Assembly: GCA_965215265.1 (NCBI GenBank)
Contig: OZ244048.1
Coordinates: 320,001 to 384,000 of the forward strand
DNA: 64,000 nucleotides
Direction: 5' to 3'
Source of the DNA: Candidatus Poribacteria bacterium
GTDB lineage: Bacteria; Poribacteria; WGA-4E; WGA-3G
In this document: piece after piece, positions 9,715 through 20,001 of the stretch
Position numbering within the stretch: position 1 is the first letter of the stretch
Layout: every line of letters starts with the position of its first letter
Position numbers and translations under genes: made by a program
The notes under the pieces: model-generated
Database searches by the model: none
Told to the model about the DNA's origin: nothing
Seen by the model: only the letters and a program-made list of their open reading frames with translations

Positions 9715-10025
9715 TTTCCACACCCCCAACTCGCGAATCTTCTATTTTGGCAAAAGTGAGCCGACCGGTCTGGTAAGCCCCAAACTCATCCCAAGAAACC
9801 TCTTTGAGAACCGGATTAAAAATTAATAGGTTAGCCGTAGATGACACCTTCCTCGCAGCATATCAAAAATATCGACATGAACCGGTTCACACAGAAGTAC
9901 TACAAAACTATTCGTCGTGTCCAACCAAAGTGATTTCGTTTGCTGCTTTGGCGAAGACAAGATGCTATGATAGCAAAACGACTTAACTTAATTAATTATA
10001 CTACATAATTCAATAAAAATGCAAA

Positions 10026-10382
10026 TTAAAAAAAACCTATTGTCCACAAAGTGCGTAATATAATAAGGCCGCCTGCCAAGCCGCCGAATACAAAGATGAA
10101 ACCGAGGCTGACTACAAGTGCCAGCCGCACAATCCGTTCCCCATGTTCCGGCTGCTCGCTTGCCCATGCACGCGCTAAGCTAAAGGTTAAGGCAACGCTA
10201 ACCAGACTCAATAAGGATGCACCCAAAACAGCCAACAGCATCCCTGAAAAATCTACCATCTGCAGGGTTTCTGGAAGCGTCCCGTATTGTGAATAACGGA
10301 GCACCACGACGATGAGCACACCAGCCAACAGGGCGGTAAAACTCAGGAAAACGAGTAAGGCCCTTTTAAACGCGGTTCTCAT
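10026..10382 (-). CDS. Hypothetical membrane protein (about 3 TM)
   Basis: 118 aa with three hydrophobic segments. Confidence 0.7.
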   Translation of the reverse strand: MRTAFKRALLVFLSFTALLAGVLIVVVLRYSQYGTLPETLQMVDFSGMLLAVLGASLLSLVSVALTFSLARAWASEQPEHGERIVRLALVVSLGFIFVFGGLAGGLIILRTLWTIGFF

Positions 10383-10581
10383 TTAGGCAAGTCACCTGAG
10401 AAAACTTGGATTATACCGTTAATTGTAGCATATCCTAGACCTCATTGCAACCTTATTTCTATTTTAACCTTAAATTCCTTGATTTATTCAAAAAAAGATG
10501 GTAAGTTAATTTATTAGATAATTCAAGTCTGAAGTTGATGTAACTTTATTTTGAGGCATTTAATTGCAAAGGAGTTTTTCC

Positions 10582-11172
10582 ATGGGTGTAGTATATACCC
10601 CGGCGATTGCCGATATCATTGATAAATTAGAAGCGGAGCATCCACTTCCGCGACTGGTGCCGCAACAGGAATGGAATCCTGAATTGACAGCCTCCCTCAA
10701 AGACACCTCGACGGACGTGCTTTTTGAAGGGCAGCCGCTCAAAGACACTACGTTTGCTAAGGCGATTAAAAGCGGCTTACTCTTGTGGAACGATGCACTA
10801 GACGTTTCACACACCATCTCGCAAGACCTCTTGAACCCAACCGGGAGCTACTGGCATGGCATCATGCACCGGAGGGAGCCCGACTATAGTAACGCGAAGT
10901 ATTGGTTCGGTAGAGTAGGAACGCATCCTATTTTTCCGGTGCTTCGCGAGCGCACGAGAACGCTTTTGAAAGAGATACAGAATCCATCGCCTGCGCTCAC
11001 CGCAATGGCACAGACTATTGAGGAAAACGCACAGTGGGATGCATACCAGTTTATTGATTGGTGTCAGGCTGCTGAAAGCAGTGGCGACGCAGATGTGATG
11101 CTTTTCTTGCAACAGGTGCAGGCAGAAGAGATTAAACTGTTACTCGCGTATTCCTATCGGAACGCTGTCTGA
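10582..11172 (+). CDS. Conserved hypothetical protein
   Basis: AAGGAG SD before ATG 10582; SHxISQ...YWHGIMHRREPDYSNAKYWF block. Confidence 0.85.
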   Translation: MGVVYTPAIADIIDKLEAEHPLPRLVPQQEWNPELTASLKDTSTDVLFEGQPLKDTTFAKAIKSGLLLWNDALDVSHTISQDLLNPTGSYWHGIMHRREPDYSNAKYWFGRVGTHPIFPVLRERTRTLLKEIQNPSPALTAMAQTIEENAQWDAYQFIDWCQAAESSGDADVMLFLQQVQAEEIKLLLAYSYRNAV

Positions 11173-11218
11173 ATCCTTCAGATAGAAATTCATAGCAACG
11201 TTCTGAAGGAGGTTAATA

Positions 11219-12193
11219 ATGTTCACAACAAGCAAGGCGAATGTTTGGTACCCCTTTGTTATTGTCATGATAGGATTTGTCTTACTCGGCTCCTGCGTGC
11301 CTTCTACTCGACAGAATCCGGGTAAAGTTGGAGCGGAATATCAGGAAATCAAGGCAATTTCTCAACAATTTGCACAGACTCACGAGACCGCTGATTGTGA
11401 AAAGTTAGTAGAAAAAACCAGAACTTTTATTAAGGCATACCCGAAACATAGACAAGTCGACGAGGTGTATTACCTACTCGGCAGTGCCTTGGTGCAACTT
11501 GAACGTGTAGAAGAAGCTATTGGGGTTTTTGAGGAATTGGTTAAGTATTACCCTACCGCAAACTACGTCGCACCTTGTTTATTGGAATTGGGGCTGGCTT
11601 ATGATAAACTCAGCAAGCACGATAAAGCGAATGCAGTCTATGAGAAGTTAGCAGATAAGCCCAAGTATCTCGCAGTACAGCAAGCACAAATTGCTAGGGA
11701 GCTGCTTGAACAAGAACCAACCGAACGAACTGGCAAATTACCGAATTCGTCCGTCTCGCTCCCCAGTTCAAGCGCTTTTATTGGAAAACCTGCACCGGAT
11801 TTTCAGGTGACAGATTTGCGAGGGAATCCTCTCTCGCTAGAGATGTTTCGTGGCCAGATTGTACTTCTCGATTTTTGGGCGACTTGGTGCCCGCCGTGTA
11901 TCGCTGAGATACCAAACCTTAAGAAGACTTATCAGAATTACAGCAATCAGAATTTTGAAATTATCGGCATCAGTTTAGATAGGAGAATGGCACCACTTGA
12001 GGCTTACATTCAGCAAGAAGGAATTGCCTGGCCCCAATTTTTAGACAATCAAGGCAAAATCGCCTCTATGTATCAGGTTACGGCGATTCCGTCGACCTTT
12101 CTCATTGACGGTGATGGCATCGTTCGTAAGACGAACCTCCGTGGGTACCTGCTGGAAACCGCTGTTTCGGACTTGCTGGAAAGTCTGCAGTAG
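11219..12193 (+). CDS. TPR + TlpA-type thioredoxin (redoxin) lipoprotein
   Basis: Lipobox LLGSC, TPR helices, LLDFWATWCPPC. Confidence 0.92.
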   Translation: MFTTSKANVWYPFVIVMIGFVLLGSCVPSTRQNPGKVGAEYQEIKAISQQFAQTHETADCEKLVEKTRTFIKAYPKHRQVDEVYYLLGSALVQLERVEEAIGVFEELVKYYPTANYVAPCLLELGLAYDKLSKHDKANAVYEKLADKPKYLAVQQAQIARELLEQEPTERTGKLPNSSVSLPSSSAFIGKPAPDFQVTDLRGNPLSLEMFRGQIVLLDFWATWCPPCIAEIPNLKKTYQNYSNQNFEIIGISLDRRMAPLEAYIQQEGIAWPQFLDNQGKIASMYQVTAIPSTFLIDGDGIVRKTNLRGYLLETAVSDLLESLQ

Positions 12194-12270
12194 TGCCCAA
12201 TCAGAAGTGAGAGTAAGGCTCTTAGACTCCTTCATCTGCAAGTAGTACAGAATCATAGGGAGGTATAACG

Positions 12271-13287
12271 ATGTTACTGCGACAGGAAACAATCCAATTC
12301 TATGTCCGGCGTTACCTTGGTATTGGGCTCGCTACTGTTATCTTATTCAGTTTTTGTGCAAACTTCGCCGGGGCTGCACCAGTTAAAGTGAGTTACAAAT
12401 ATCAAGAAATTAAAGCAATCTCAAAAAATCTGAAAAAAAGCAAGGATTCAGATGATTTTGAGAAATTGGTTGAGAAGGCCAGAGCGTTTATTAATGAGTA
12501 TCCGCAATACAAAAGAGTGGACGAGGTTTACTACATCCTCGGTAATGCTTTAGTTCAGCAGCAACGGACTGAAGAAGGCATCCTGATCTTTGAAGCGCTC
12601 ATTCAGACGTATCCGGCTGCGCGCTATGTTGAAATTAGTTTATTGAAATTGGGATTGGCTTATGACAAACTCGGCAAGCACGACAAAGCAGATGATGCGT
12701 ATAAAAAATTAGTTAATCATCCGAAATACGGTTCCCGGGCGCAAGCGAAAATTGCAAGGCAGCTTCTTGAACGCGACAGAAGTGAACGGAACGGAGAACT
12801 CAACTCTTCGCCTGCAAATTCATTCATCGGAAAACCGGCACCGGATTTTGAGGTGATAGGACTGAACGGAGAAAAACTTTCATTGGAGAAATATCGTGGG
12901 CAGGTCGTACTCCTTGATTTTTGGGCGACTTGGTGTGCACCGTGTATCGCTGAGATGCCGCATGTCAAAAAGACTTATCAAAAGTACAAAGATCAGGACT
13001 TTGAGATTATCAGCATCAGCTTGGATCAGGCAGTACAGCCGCTTGAAGAATATATTAAGAAAGAAGGGCTCGCCTGGCCCCAATTTTTGGACGATGGACG
13101 CAAAATCTCCAAGTTGTATAATGTTAGTGCAATTCCGTCCACTTTTTTGATTAACGGTGACGGTGTTGTTCGCAAGACAAATCTACGTGGTAGCGCACTT
13201 GAGACTGCCGTAGCCGAATTGGTGAAGGAAAACTTAGCCAAGCAAGTTGAAAAAAAAGCTGCCACAGATTCGCAAGCACCTCAATAG
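12271..13287 (+). CDS. TPR + TlpA-type thioredoxin (redoxin), paralog of preceding gene
   Basis: Signal peptide (AGA), TPR helices, LLDFWATWCAPC. Confidence 0.92.
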   Translation: MLLRQETIQFYVRRYLGIGLATVILFSFCANFAGAAPVKVSYKYQEIKAISKNLKKSKDSDDFEKLVEKARAFINEYPQYKRVDEVYYILGNALVQQQRTEEGILIFEALIQTYPAARYVEISLLKLGLAYDKLGKHDKADDAYKKLVNHPKYGSRAQAKIARQLLERDRSERNGELNSSPANSFIGKPAPDFEVIGLNGEKLSLEKYRGQVVLLDFWATWCAPCIAEMPHVKKTYQKYKDQDFEIISISLDQAVQPLEEYIKKEGLAWPQFLDDGRKISKLYNVSAIPSTFLINGDGVVRKTNLRGSALETAVAELVKENLAKQVEKKAATDSQAPQ

Positions 13288-13341
13288 AAACGTCTATGCT
13301 GCCTGATAACATTAGAACCTTCTAATAGGAAAGGAATAATT

Positions 13342-14454
13342 ATGGCACAGGTCACCTTAAAGAATGTCACCAAGATTTATGATGGCGATGTCCGCGCTGT
13401 CGAACAAGCAGATTTTGAGATTCCCGATGAAAGTTTTACAGTGCTTGTCGGACCGTCCGGGTGTGGCAAATCGACAATCTTGCGGATGATCGCCGGACTA
13501 GAAGAAATTACGGACGGCGATATCTATATTGACGGTGAACGTGTCAACGATATTCCGCCCAAAGCGCGGGACATCGCCATGGTTTTCCAGAACTATGCGC
13601 TCTACCCGCACATGACGGTGTATAAGAACATGGCGTTCGGGTTGAAACTGCGTAAGTACCCTAAAGCAGAGATTGCACAACGTGTGAAAGAAGCCGCAGA
13701 AATCCTGAGTATATCGCATCTGTTAGGGCGAAAACCGAAACATCTCTCCGGCGGTGAACGACAGCGGGTTGCTGTCGGACGCGCGATTGTCCGACAGCCG
13801 AAGGTGTTTCTGTTTGATGAACCGCTGAGCAACCTCGATGCGAAGTTGCGGGTGCAAATGCGGATGGAAATTAGCCGGCTGCACGACCGGCTTAATGCAA
13901 CGATCGTCTACGTCACACACGATCAGGTTGAAGCGATGACAATGGGCGATCAGATTGTAGTACTCAATGCCGGTAAAATACAGCAGATAGCGAACCCGGC
14001 GACGCTCTATCATAAGCCCGCGAACCAATTTGTCGCAGGTTTCATCGGCACACCGCCCATGAATTTTATAAATACCCAAATTGTCAATAACGGCGGTGAC
14101 AACGCACTCCAATTTGATGGATTCAAGTTGGAACTGAACGAAAAACTCCGTGCATCCTTGCATCAGCTCGACGGTTCAGCGGTGACGCTCGGAATCCGTC
14201 CCGAAAATATTCACGTCGGCAGTTCCGATAAAAGCGGATTGTCGGCGCGGGTGGTGCTCGTTGAACCGCTCGGCAATCACGCCCTCTTATATCTTCAGAC
14301 CGGGGAAAATAATTTCATTGCAAATGTTGATGATGTGAACTTGCCCCACACGCATGTATCGCTGCCGATCCATTTTAACATGGAAAAAGCACATCTGTTT
14401 CATACAGAAACCGGCGAGGCGTTGACAGCAACTGAGCCCGTAGGTGCGACCTGA
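13342..14454 (+). CDS. Sugar ABC transporter ATP-binding protein (MalK/UgpC family)
   Basis: GPSGCGKST, VFQNYALYPHM, LSGGERQR, DEPLSNLDAKLR, C-terminal TOBE region. Confidence 0.96.
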   Translation: MAQVTLKNVTKIYDGDVRAVEQADFEIPDESFTVLVGPSGCGKSTILRMIAGLEEITDGDIYIDGERVNDIPPKARDIAMVFQNYALYPHMTVYKNMAFGLKLRKYPKAEIAQRVKEAAEILSISHLLGRKPKHLSGGERQRVAVGRAIVRQPKVFLFDEPLSNLDAKLRVQMRMEISRLHDRLNATIVYVTHDQVEAMTMGDQIVVLNAGKIQQIANPATLYHKPANQFVAGFIGTPPMNFINTQIVNNGGDNALQFDGFKLELNEKLRASLHQLDGSAVTLGIRPENIHVGSSDKSGLSARVVLVEPLGNHALLYLQTGENNFIANVDDVNLPHTHVSLPIHFNMEKAHLFHTETGEALTATEPVGAT

Positions 14455-14531
14455 GCGCCGTAGATCTCGAAATTAAAAATTGCTGTAAGCGTTTCCAAAC
14501 TGTGAGTGCGCTACACATAGGGAAGTGTTAT

Positions 14532-15572
14532 TTAACTGCCTTCTCGCTGTCTAGACTGGGTAACAAGACAAGAGATCTGCCGCCATGTCTCTGCATCTAT
14601 TGGGATTCCTTCTTGTTCTCGTTTGCGCTGCTCCTCCCAACCGCGCTCACCCGGTACCCGAATTTCATCACCTCCTGCCGCGCCCTTGGCCGATTTGAGA
14701 TACTGGATAAATCTCTCTACCTCCTCACTGAAACCGGGGAAGTCTCTGAAGCTAGCGATGTTAATCACAAGTACAAATAAGCCATTGCCGACACGCACGT
14801 CTTCGCCTCGGCTGCACCCGGCAGTTGTGAGCGCGCCCGCCAGGATGTCCACAATAATGCTAAGCCCATAGCCTTTATGCGCACCGAACGGCAATAACGC
14901 AGCAGGCGAAATGCCATAGAAATCGCCAGCGTTAGTCGTTGATAAGCCATCCGCGTTGATGAGCCAGCCGTGCGGCACGTCCTCATTCTGATGCTGTTTG
15001 ACGCGAATTTTTCCCGAAGCCACAACACTGGTAGACATATCCAGTACAATAGGCGGCTGCCCTTCAATCGGAACAGCACACGCTATCGGATTTGTCGAGA
15101 GCCGCGGTTCAACCCCGCCATGCGGCACGACACAAACACCGCCACCGTGGTCGTTCGCCATCAACAATCCGATCATGCCCGTTTCTGCAGCGAGACATGC
15201 GTATCCGCCTAACCGTCCCACTTCATTGCACTGTGAAACCGCAATGGCACTGACATCGCTCTGCTTTGCCTTGCGAATTGCCAAGTCAACTGCTCGCGTC
15301 GCGATGACCGGCCCAAAGCCCCAATTCCCATTCAACACGGCCATGGACGTTGATTCATGCAAGGTCTCTGTCGGCACACCGGGGTGAATTAATCCGGCTC
15401 CCAATTCCTTCACATACTTTGGCAGATGGATAACACCGTGTGAATCGTGCCCGACGCGATTGGCATCCACCATAGAACGCGTGACAATCTCGGCTTCGGT
15501 TCTCGGCACACCCCATTTCTCAAACACATTTAGACAGATCTTAGTGAGTTTTCCAGCTGTAAAATTCGGCAT
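14532..15572 (-). CDS. Ldh_2 family (malate/L-lactate dehydrogenase-like) oxidoreductase
   Basis: GHDSHG, TNPIA, LDMSTS, HKGYGL, PGE motifs; AAGGAG SD before ATG 15572. Confidence 0.93.
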   Translation of the reverse strand: MPNFTAGKLTKICLNVFEKWGVPRTEAEIVTRSMVDANRVGHDSHGVIHLPKYVKELGAGLIHPGVPTETLHESTSMAVLNGNWGFGPVIATRAVDLAIRKAKQSDVSAIAVSQCNEVGRLGGYACLAAETGMIGLLMANDHGGGVCVVPHGGVEPRLSTNPIACAVPIEGQPPIVLDMSTSVVASGKIRVKQHQNEDVPHGWLINADGLSTTNAGDFYGISPAALLPFGAHKGYGLSIIVDILAGALTTAGCSRGEDVRVGNGLFVLVINIASFRDFPGFSEEVERFIQYLKSAKGAAGGDEIRVPGERGWEEQRKREQEGIPIDAETWRQISCLVTQSRQREGS

Positions 15573-15600
15573 TGCGTGGCTCCTTATATGAGATAGCATT

Positions 15601-15629
15601 ATTTTATGCGTCCCCGTTGATGTTGTCAA
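15601..15629 (-). promoter_or_regulatory. sigma70-type promoter of the Ldh_2 gene
   Basis: TTGACA-17 nt-TAAAAT. Confidence 0.65.
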
Positions 15630-15996
15630 GAGCGAAGTCAAACGTGAGTGCTGCTTCCGTTACCTTCACCGTGCTGTTAACACACGGTGAATGCAGGGAA
15701 ATCGTGCAGCAAAGAAAAAGAATAAAAAAAATCACGTTTTATGAGACTTTTTTATCTAACTCGCATTCTTGGTTAATGAAAGTGGAAGACTTTCGCCCTC
15801 ACAATAGGAAGCATAAAAAACAACAACCCGACTTCTCCTGAAAATCTGAAAAGACAGCCAATCCGTGATGCAGATACGCGGATGCAAGCCGTTAATCGTG
15901 CCTCTTGAAACTGCGCGGATTCGTCGTGCAAACCGCGTGCAAAATGCACGCGAACCCCAAAAGGCTGCCTCACAGGCACATTTTTTTTATTTTAAC

Positions 15997-16025
15997 TTGA
16001 CAAACGCATTTTCAGACGGTATCCT
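15997..16025 (+). promoter_or_regulatory. sigma70-type promoter
   Basis: TTGACA-17 nt-TATCCT preceded by a T-rich tract. Confidence 0.55.
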
Positions 16026-16144
16026 TAAAATAACCTTTTGCAAAGAAGGTAAAAGTGTTCTCAGCGCCTTAACTTGAGAACGAATGTCTCTTTACGAGTT
16101 CAAACCGATTCCCTTCCCGGGAATTATAACCTATGGAGTGCCTT

Positions 16145-16915
16145 ATGCTACGTGACATTCTCACAAATAAAGGGGTGCCCGCCTGTCTCCTTTTCTTCAG
16201 TCTCATGGTTGGCGGGAGCCTCTTCTATAGATGGTACGTCAACCGTGCTATTCAGGACGCAGACGCGAAACACCAACAGTTTCTACAGCAGCTAGAAACG
16301 AAAAGAGGAACACGCACCGCACAAGATGTTGGCGTTCCAACAGATATCGAGGTCCCTGGACAAGCGGAACCTATGTCCGTTGAAACTAATGATACGCCCG
16401 AGGAGGTAGCTGGCACAGACACGCCGCCGATGGAATCGGAGGCTCACACAGATTCGGTGGATGGTTTTGAATCTGACGCTATAGCGGATGAAGACTCAGC
16501 CGATATACAGGTCTCGCCCTACGGTTTCGGACCGTATCCTGAATTACCTGAAGGATGGCCTGCTGATCAGATATGGCCATGTATCTCTGCTAATCATGAA
16601 TTGATGACGCGCGTGCAGGTCAAATTAGCCCATCAGGGGATACTTACCAGAGGTTCCATAATGGAGGACGGCTTGGTATACCCAACATACCCTGGTAGCG
16701 TCTATATCAAATGGGCGTATCGAGAAAAAAATGGGACTCTCTATATTACTGATTTGTCTGGTGATTCGGATGCTGTAGATCGCATAAGTGCTATTGAAGA
16801 AGCCAGAGGCGATGGTTTTACCAAGGCAGACATTCCATTAGACATAAAAATGCTATCTTACGAAGAGGCGGGTATTGACCCCTACACTTTTTTAGATTTA
16901 GGAGATAAACGCTGA
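16145..16915 (+). CDS. Hypothetical membrane-anchored protein (N-terminal TM, acidic linker, SPYGFGPYPELP domain)
   Basis: GGAG SD before ATG 16145; bitopic layout; ends GIDPYTFLDL. Confidence 0.8.
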   Translation: MLRDILTNKGVPACLLFFSLMVGGSLFYRWYVNRAIQDADAKHQQFLQQLETKRGTRTAQDVGVPTDIEVPGQAEPMSVETNDTPEEVAGTDTPPMESEAHTDSVDGFESDAIADEDSADIQVSPYGFGPYPELPEGWPADQIWPCISANHELMTRVQVKLAHQGILTRGSIMEDGLVYPTYPGSVYIKWAYREKNGTLYITDLSGDSDAVDRISAIEEARGDGFTKADIPLDIKMLSYEEAGIDPYTFLDLGDKR

Positions 16916-16963
16916 AACGCATACTATCTTATGCCCTACTACTTGGCCTCCTCGGAGGAACAT

Positions 16964-17251
16964 CTATTTAGGCCTATAACAGAAACTCTGGTTCCGGGAG
17001 TAACTAGCGAAAGGGAGTTCGTATTCGTCAAGAATCGCACCGTCAAGCACGATACGGTTTCCGCGTTCCGTACGCATAGCATATTGCGACACAAATACCG
17101 CATCTACCTGTCGCGCACACGTTTGCAGCAGCGTCCCGAGCGGAATACTCACCGCACCTTCGTGGACGATGTGGTTCTGTTCGTAGCGTTCCAGCGTCGT
17201 GTAGTAGTCGCGGACAGATTTACTGTTGGAGTTCAGCCTCAAGTGTCGCAT
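16964..17251 (-). pseudogene. N-terminal remnant of a type ISP/IIG-like restriction-modification enzyme
   Basis: VRDYY...HEGAVS...LL...RIVLDGAILDEYELP resembles the PD-(D/E)xK N-terminus of these enzymes and breaks off before the expected EAK motif. Confidence 0.65.
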
Positions 17252-17601
17252 GCCTTTATCATAGCAGAATTCAAAACAAATGGCAATTCGTATCTTTCAG
17301 CCCCATCAAGGGTTATGTTTTGTCAGCTACTGTGTAAATCCCGTCTTTTCGTCTATTTCAGCGCTATAAAGGCTGCTGCTCTCAAAAAAATAGGGGTAAA
17401 TGAGAATTCGTAAAATAGACATTTCACTTGACAAACTGACTTTATCCGCGTGATGGTTTTTACCAGACATTACCGACCCGAAATTGCGGGATTGAAACGG
17501 ATGAACATTCGGTCTCTATATCTCCTCTCTTTCTCGGTTAAAATAATAAGCATCTCTTTCTATCTATTTCTATTTCGTTGGCACTCAATCGGTCCGATAG
17601 C

Positions 17602-19008
17602 TCAACCTTCAGACTCCTCCATGCTACTTTTTTGTCTGTTTCCTTTCACCGATGCTATAACGGCGGATGCTAACACGGCAAAGCCGAAGAGAGTAAAGGG
17701 CATCTGCCAGAGAAGAAAACTCATGTGGGTATGGATGAATGAGTGTGCCTTGAAGATTACATACCACGATAAAGGTGCCAGAATTGAAAACCACGTTGTC
17801 CAGATCAGTGCGATGGCGTGCTGTCGTCGCTCGGCCATCATCTCTTCATTTCTTTGTAAAAACAGCAGAGCGGACATCATCATAAAAAGAACTATGAGGT
17901 AAAGATAACGTATTTTCAATAGGTAATTAGAGACAAAGGCGTTGGTGTCGGAGAGATAGTTGTTGAGATCTAAGAAGATACCTTTCATGTAAGTCATAAC
18001 CACCGGTATGGTACCGGCTTCAAGACTTGCAGCATATACAGGCGGAAAATTTTCGGACTCTCCGTGTGTTCGCTTTCCGAAGGAATAGAGCACATGCTCA
18101 ACGCCATCCAAGAAGCCGTCCTTCGCGGCACCGATTTGGAAACATAAAAGTATAAGAGCGAAAAGAATTGCTATGCCGGATCCGAGTCCTGCTGCAAGCG
18201 TGCACTTCAGGGATTGGTGCCGGTTCCACTTGTCGAGGATGGCATAATAGATACACGGTGCCATCATCATTACCAGAGTGGTTGTAATATACTCGAATCC
18301 GTTGATGAAACACTTAATGAAAACCGCGCCAAAAATCAGAATTCCGAACTTGATGAGTTGACGGCTCGCTTGGACTCTGTGGCGTTTAAGGAAGTACATG
18401 ACGACAATCATCGGGAAGTAGAAAGCCCATAGACTCCACCAAAGATTTCGACCAAAGACTGTCAACCATTGTGAGAGTAACGTCGAACCTATGACGCATA
18501 TCGCAACCCATCCGCCAAACTCCTCATAGAACCACCCTATAATTGTGGTTAATGCGATTGCTGAGAGTAGGGCGCTCAGCAGATAGAATGCGCGTAACTT
18601 GATTTGAGGCGATAGCGGGATGAGCTTATCAAATAGACTGAAAAGTATCCCTTGACCGCCGGGCAGTGACATGTAAGTCGAGAATTCATCAAAGGCGAGT
18701 TTATTGAGATAAGCAGCGTATTGATTATCAATCTGAATTGAAGATATCCACTGCTGCTGGATATCAGTTGTAATTCCCGCGCCCGTCAGGCCGCCGGCTG
18801 AGAAGATACCGTCTTGACGAGATTTGACCATTCTGCCCAGAATGAGACTTTCGGTGTCTCGCTGATGGTTCTCAAACCATTGCTGTTCGGCAACGTGCCA
18901 TAAATTAGAAAAGAACCCGGAAAATAGGAGTCCGATTGATATTGCCCAGACGGCTATCTTCCGTGCAAGCTCCGATTGACTGAACTGTTTAAGTTGTATA
19001 GCCAGCAT
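17602..19008 (-). CDS. Polytopic membrane protein, possibly a GT-C-fold glycosyltransferase
   Basis: 468 aa, roughly 10 TM segments, periplasmic loop with RDTE, C-terminal SWxxIFKAHSFIHTH; function is inference. Confidence 0.7.
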   Translation of the reverse strand: MLAIQLKQFSQSELARKIAVWAISIGLLFSGFFSNLWHVAEQQWFENHQRDTESLILGRMVKSRQDGIFSAGGLTGAGITTDIQQQWISSIQIDNQYAAYLNKLAFDEFSTYMSLPGGQGILFSLFDKLIPLSPQIKLRAFYLLSALLSAIALTTIIGWFYEEFGGWVAICVIGSTLLSQWLTVFGRNLWWSLWAFYFPMIVVMYFLKRHRVQASRQLIKFGILIFGAVFIKCFINGFEYITTTLVMMMAPCIYYAILDKWNRHQSLKCTLAAGLGSGIAILFALILLCFQIGAAKDGFLDGVEHVLYSFGKRTHGESENFPPVYAASLEAGTIPVVMTYMKGIFLDLNNYLSDTNAFVSNYLLKIRYLYLIVLFMMMSALLFLQRNEEMMAERRQHAIALIWTTWFSILAPLSWYVIFKAHSFIHTHMSFLLWQMPFTLFGFAVLASAVIASVKGNRQKSSMEESEG

Positions 19009-19107
19009 GTCATTTGTGTCCGTTATTTGGGTGGAGTCTGCTGCAAGAGGGTTCTCAGGTGCATTCCAAGTGTTGAGTTGAGCCCCCGTTTTAGTATACT
19101 TCGTCCG

Positions 19108-20001
19108 CTACAGTATCCGCCCTTTGGGTATATGCGAGTTGAGGTACCAGCGAGAATCAGCAGGCGGTTGCGGGTCAGGCGGTTGCATGGAAGCAAACTC
19201 AGCCAACTTCGGTCGGATCTCGTTTTCCCAAATCCCCTCGACATCATCAAACGTCAGTGGTATCGGATTGGAGACTTCTGCTTTATATGCGGCTAGCAAC
19301 TCCGTTGTCTTTTCACCAAAATGTGCGACAATATCTGATACCATCTGTTCTCCGACGAGACGACTGGCGGATTCGTTGAGCTCTCCCATTGCAAAATGAG
19401 GTGCACGTGTTTCATCCGTGGGCATCCGTGACATATCTACACAGTCTGGGGCGACTGCCCACAGCACGGACGTTTCCCCGCGTCCGGCGTGCCCGCCCAA
19501 TCCTTTACCATCCTTGAAGCGCTGGATATCTGCCCCTATACTCATCGAGGAATACATCCGGACGCCGACATGTGCTTGCATAATTTCAATCACGACCGGC
19601 ACGTCTAACCGATGCGGGCCCGAGTGTCCCGAAAACAGAATTGCCCCGTGAAACCCCAATGCATCCACCGCTCGAATGTGATAGCAGATATTCTTCAAAA
19701 ACATCCAAGGCGGTATCGCTGTCAGCCACGGGCGCTCTTGATTAATTTTATTGTGTCCCCATGCCCCGTAGCCGCCAATCTCATGACAGTGCCAATAAAA
19801 CGGGGGGGCGACAATTCCGCCGTGTTCTTGCGCTGCATGACATGAGCATTCGTATGCCCGAATGGCATCCATCCCCACCGCATTATGCCAACCATGCGGT
19901 TCACATAACCCATAAGGTAGATATACCATTGGACATCCCGCGAATGCTGCTTCTAATTCATCTGGAAACATCCGTTCCCATCGCACCTCATTGCGTCTCA
20001 T
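19108..20001 (-). CDS. Creatininase/creatinine amidohydrolase family protein
   Basis: LPYGxCEPHG-H...D, GH, HAGRGETS motifs; AAGGAG SD. Confidence 0.9.
   Translation of the reverse strand: MRRNEVRWERMFPDELEAAFAGCPMVYLPYGLCEPHGWHNAVGMDAIRAYECSCHAAQEHGGIVAPPFYWHCHEIGGYGAWGHNKINQERPWLTAIPPWMFLKNICYHIRAVDALGFHGAILFSGHSGPHRLDVPVVIEIMQAHVGVRMYSSMSIGADIQRFKDGKGLGGHAGRGETSVLWAVAPDCVDMSRMPTDETRAPHFAMGELNESASRLVGEQMVSDIVAHFGEKTTELLAAYKAEVSNPIPLTFDDVEGIWENEIRPKLAEFASMQPPDPQPPADSRWYLNSHIPKGRIL

Noticed and set aside
9730-9990. Bacillota-type L20 leader upstream of infC
   Set aside because: I could not identify the consensus or a terminator by eye; needs an Rfam scan
14437-14510. GTAG-type REP-like sequence at the malK end, with faint echoes near 40880-40945
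   Set aside because: Too degenerate to define a repeat family from this window alone
15650-15730. Hairpin TTCACCGTG/CACGGTGAA as terminator or sRNA
   Set aside because: The A-run follows the stem on + (no U-tail in either direction), it lies between divergent promoters, and nothing else supports it
19802-19808. G7 run in the creatininase gene (and several G6 runs elsewhere) as phase-variable tracts
   Set aside because: Short, in frame and explained by Pro/Gly codons
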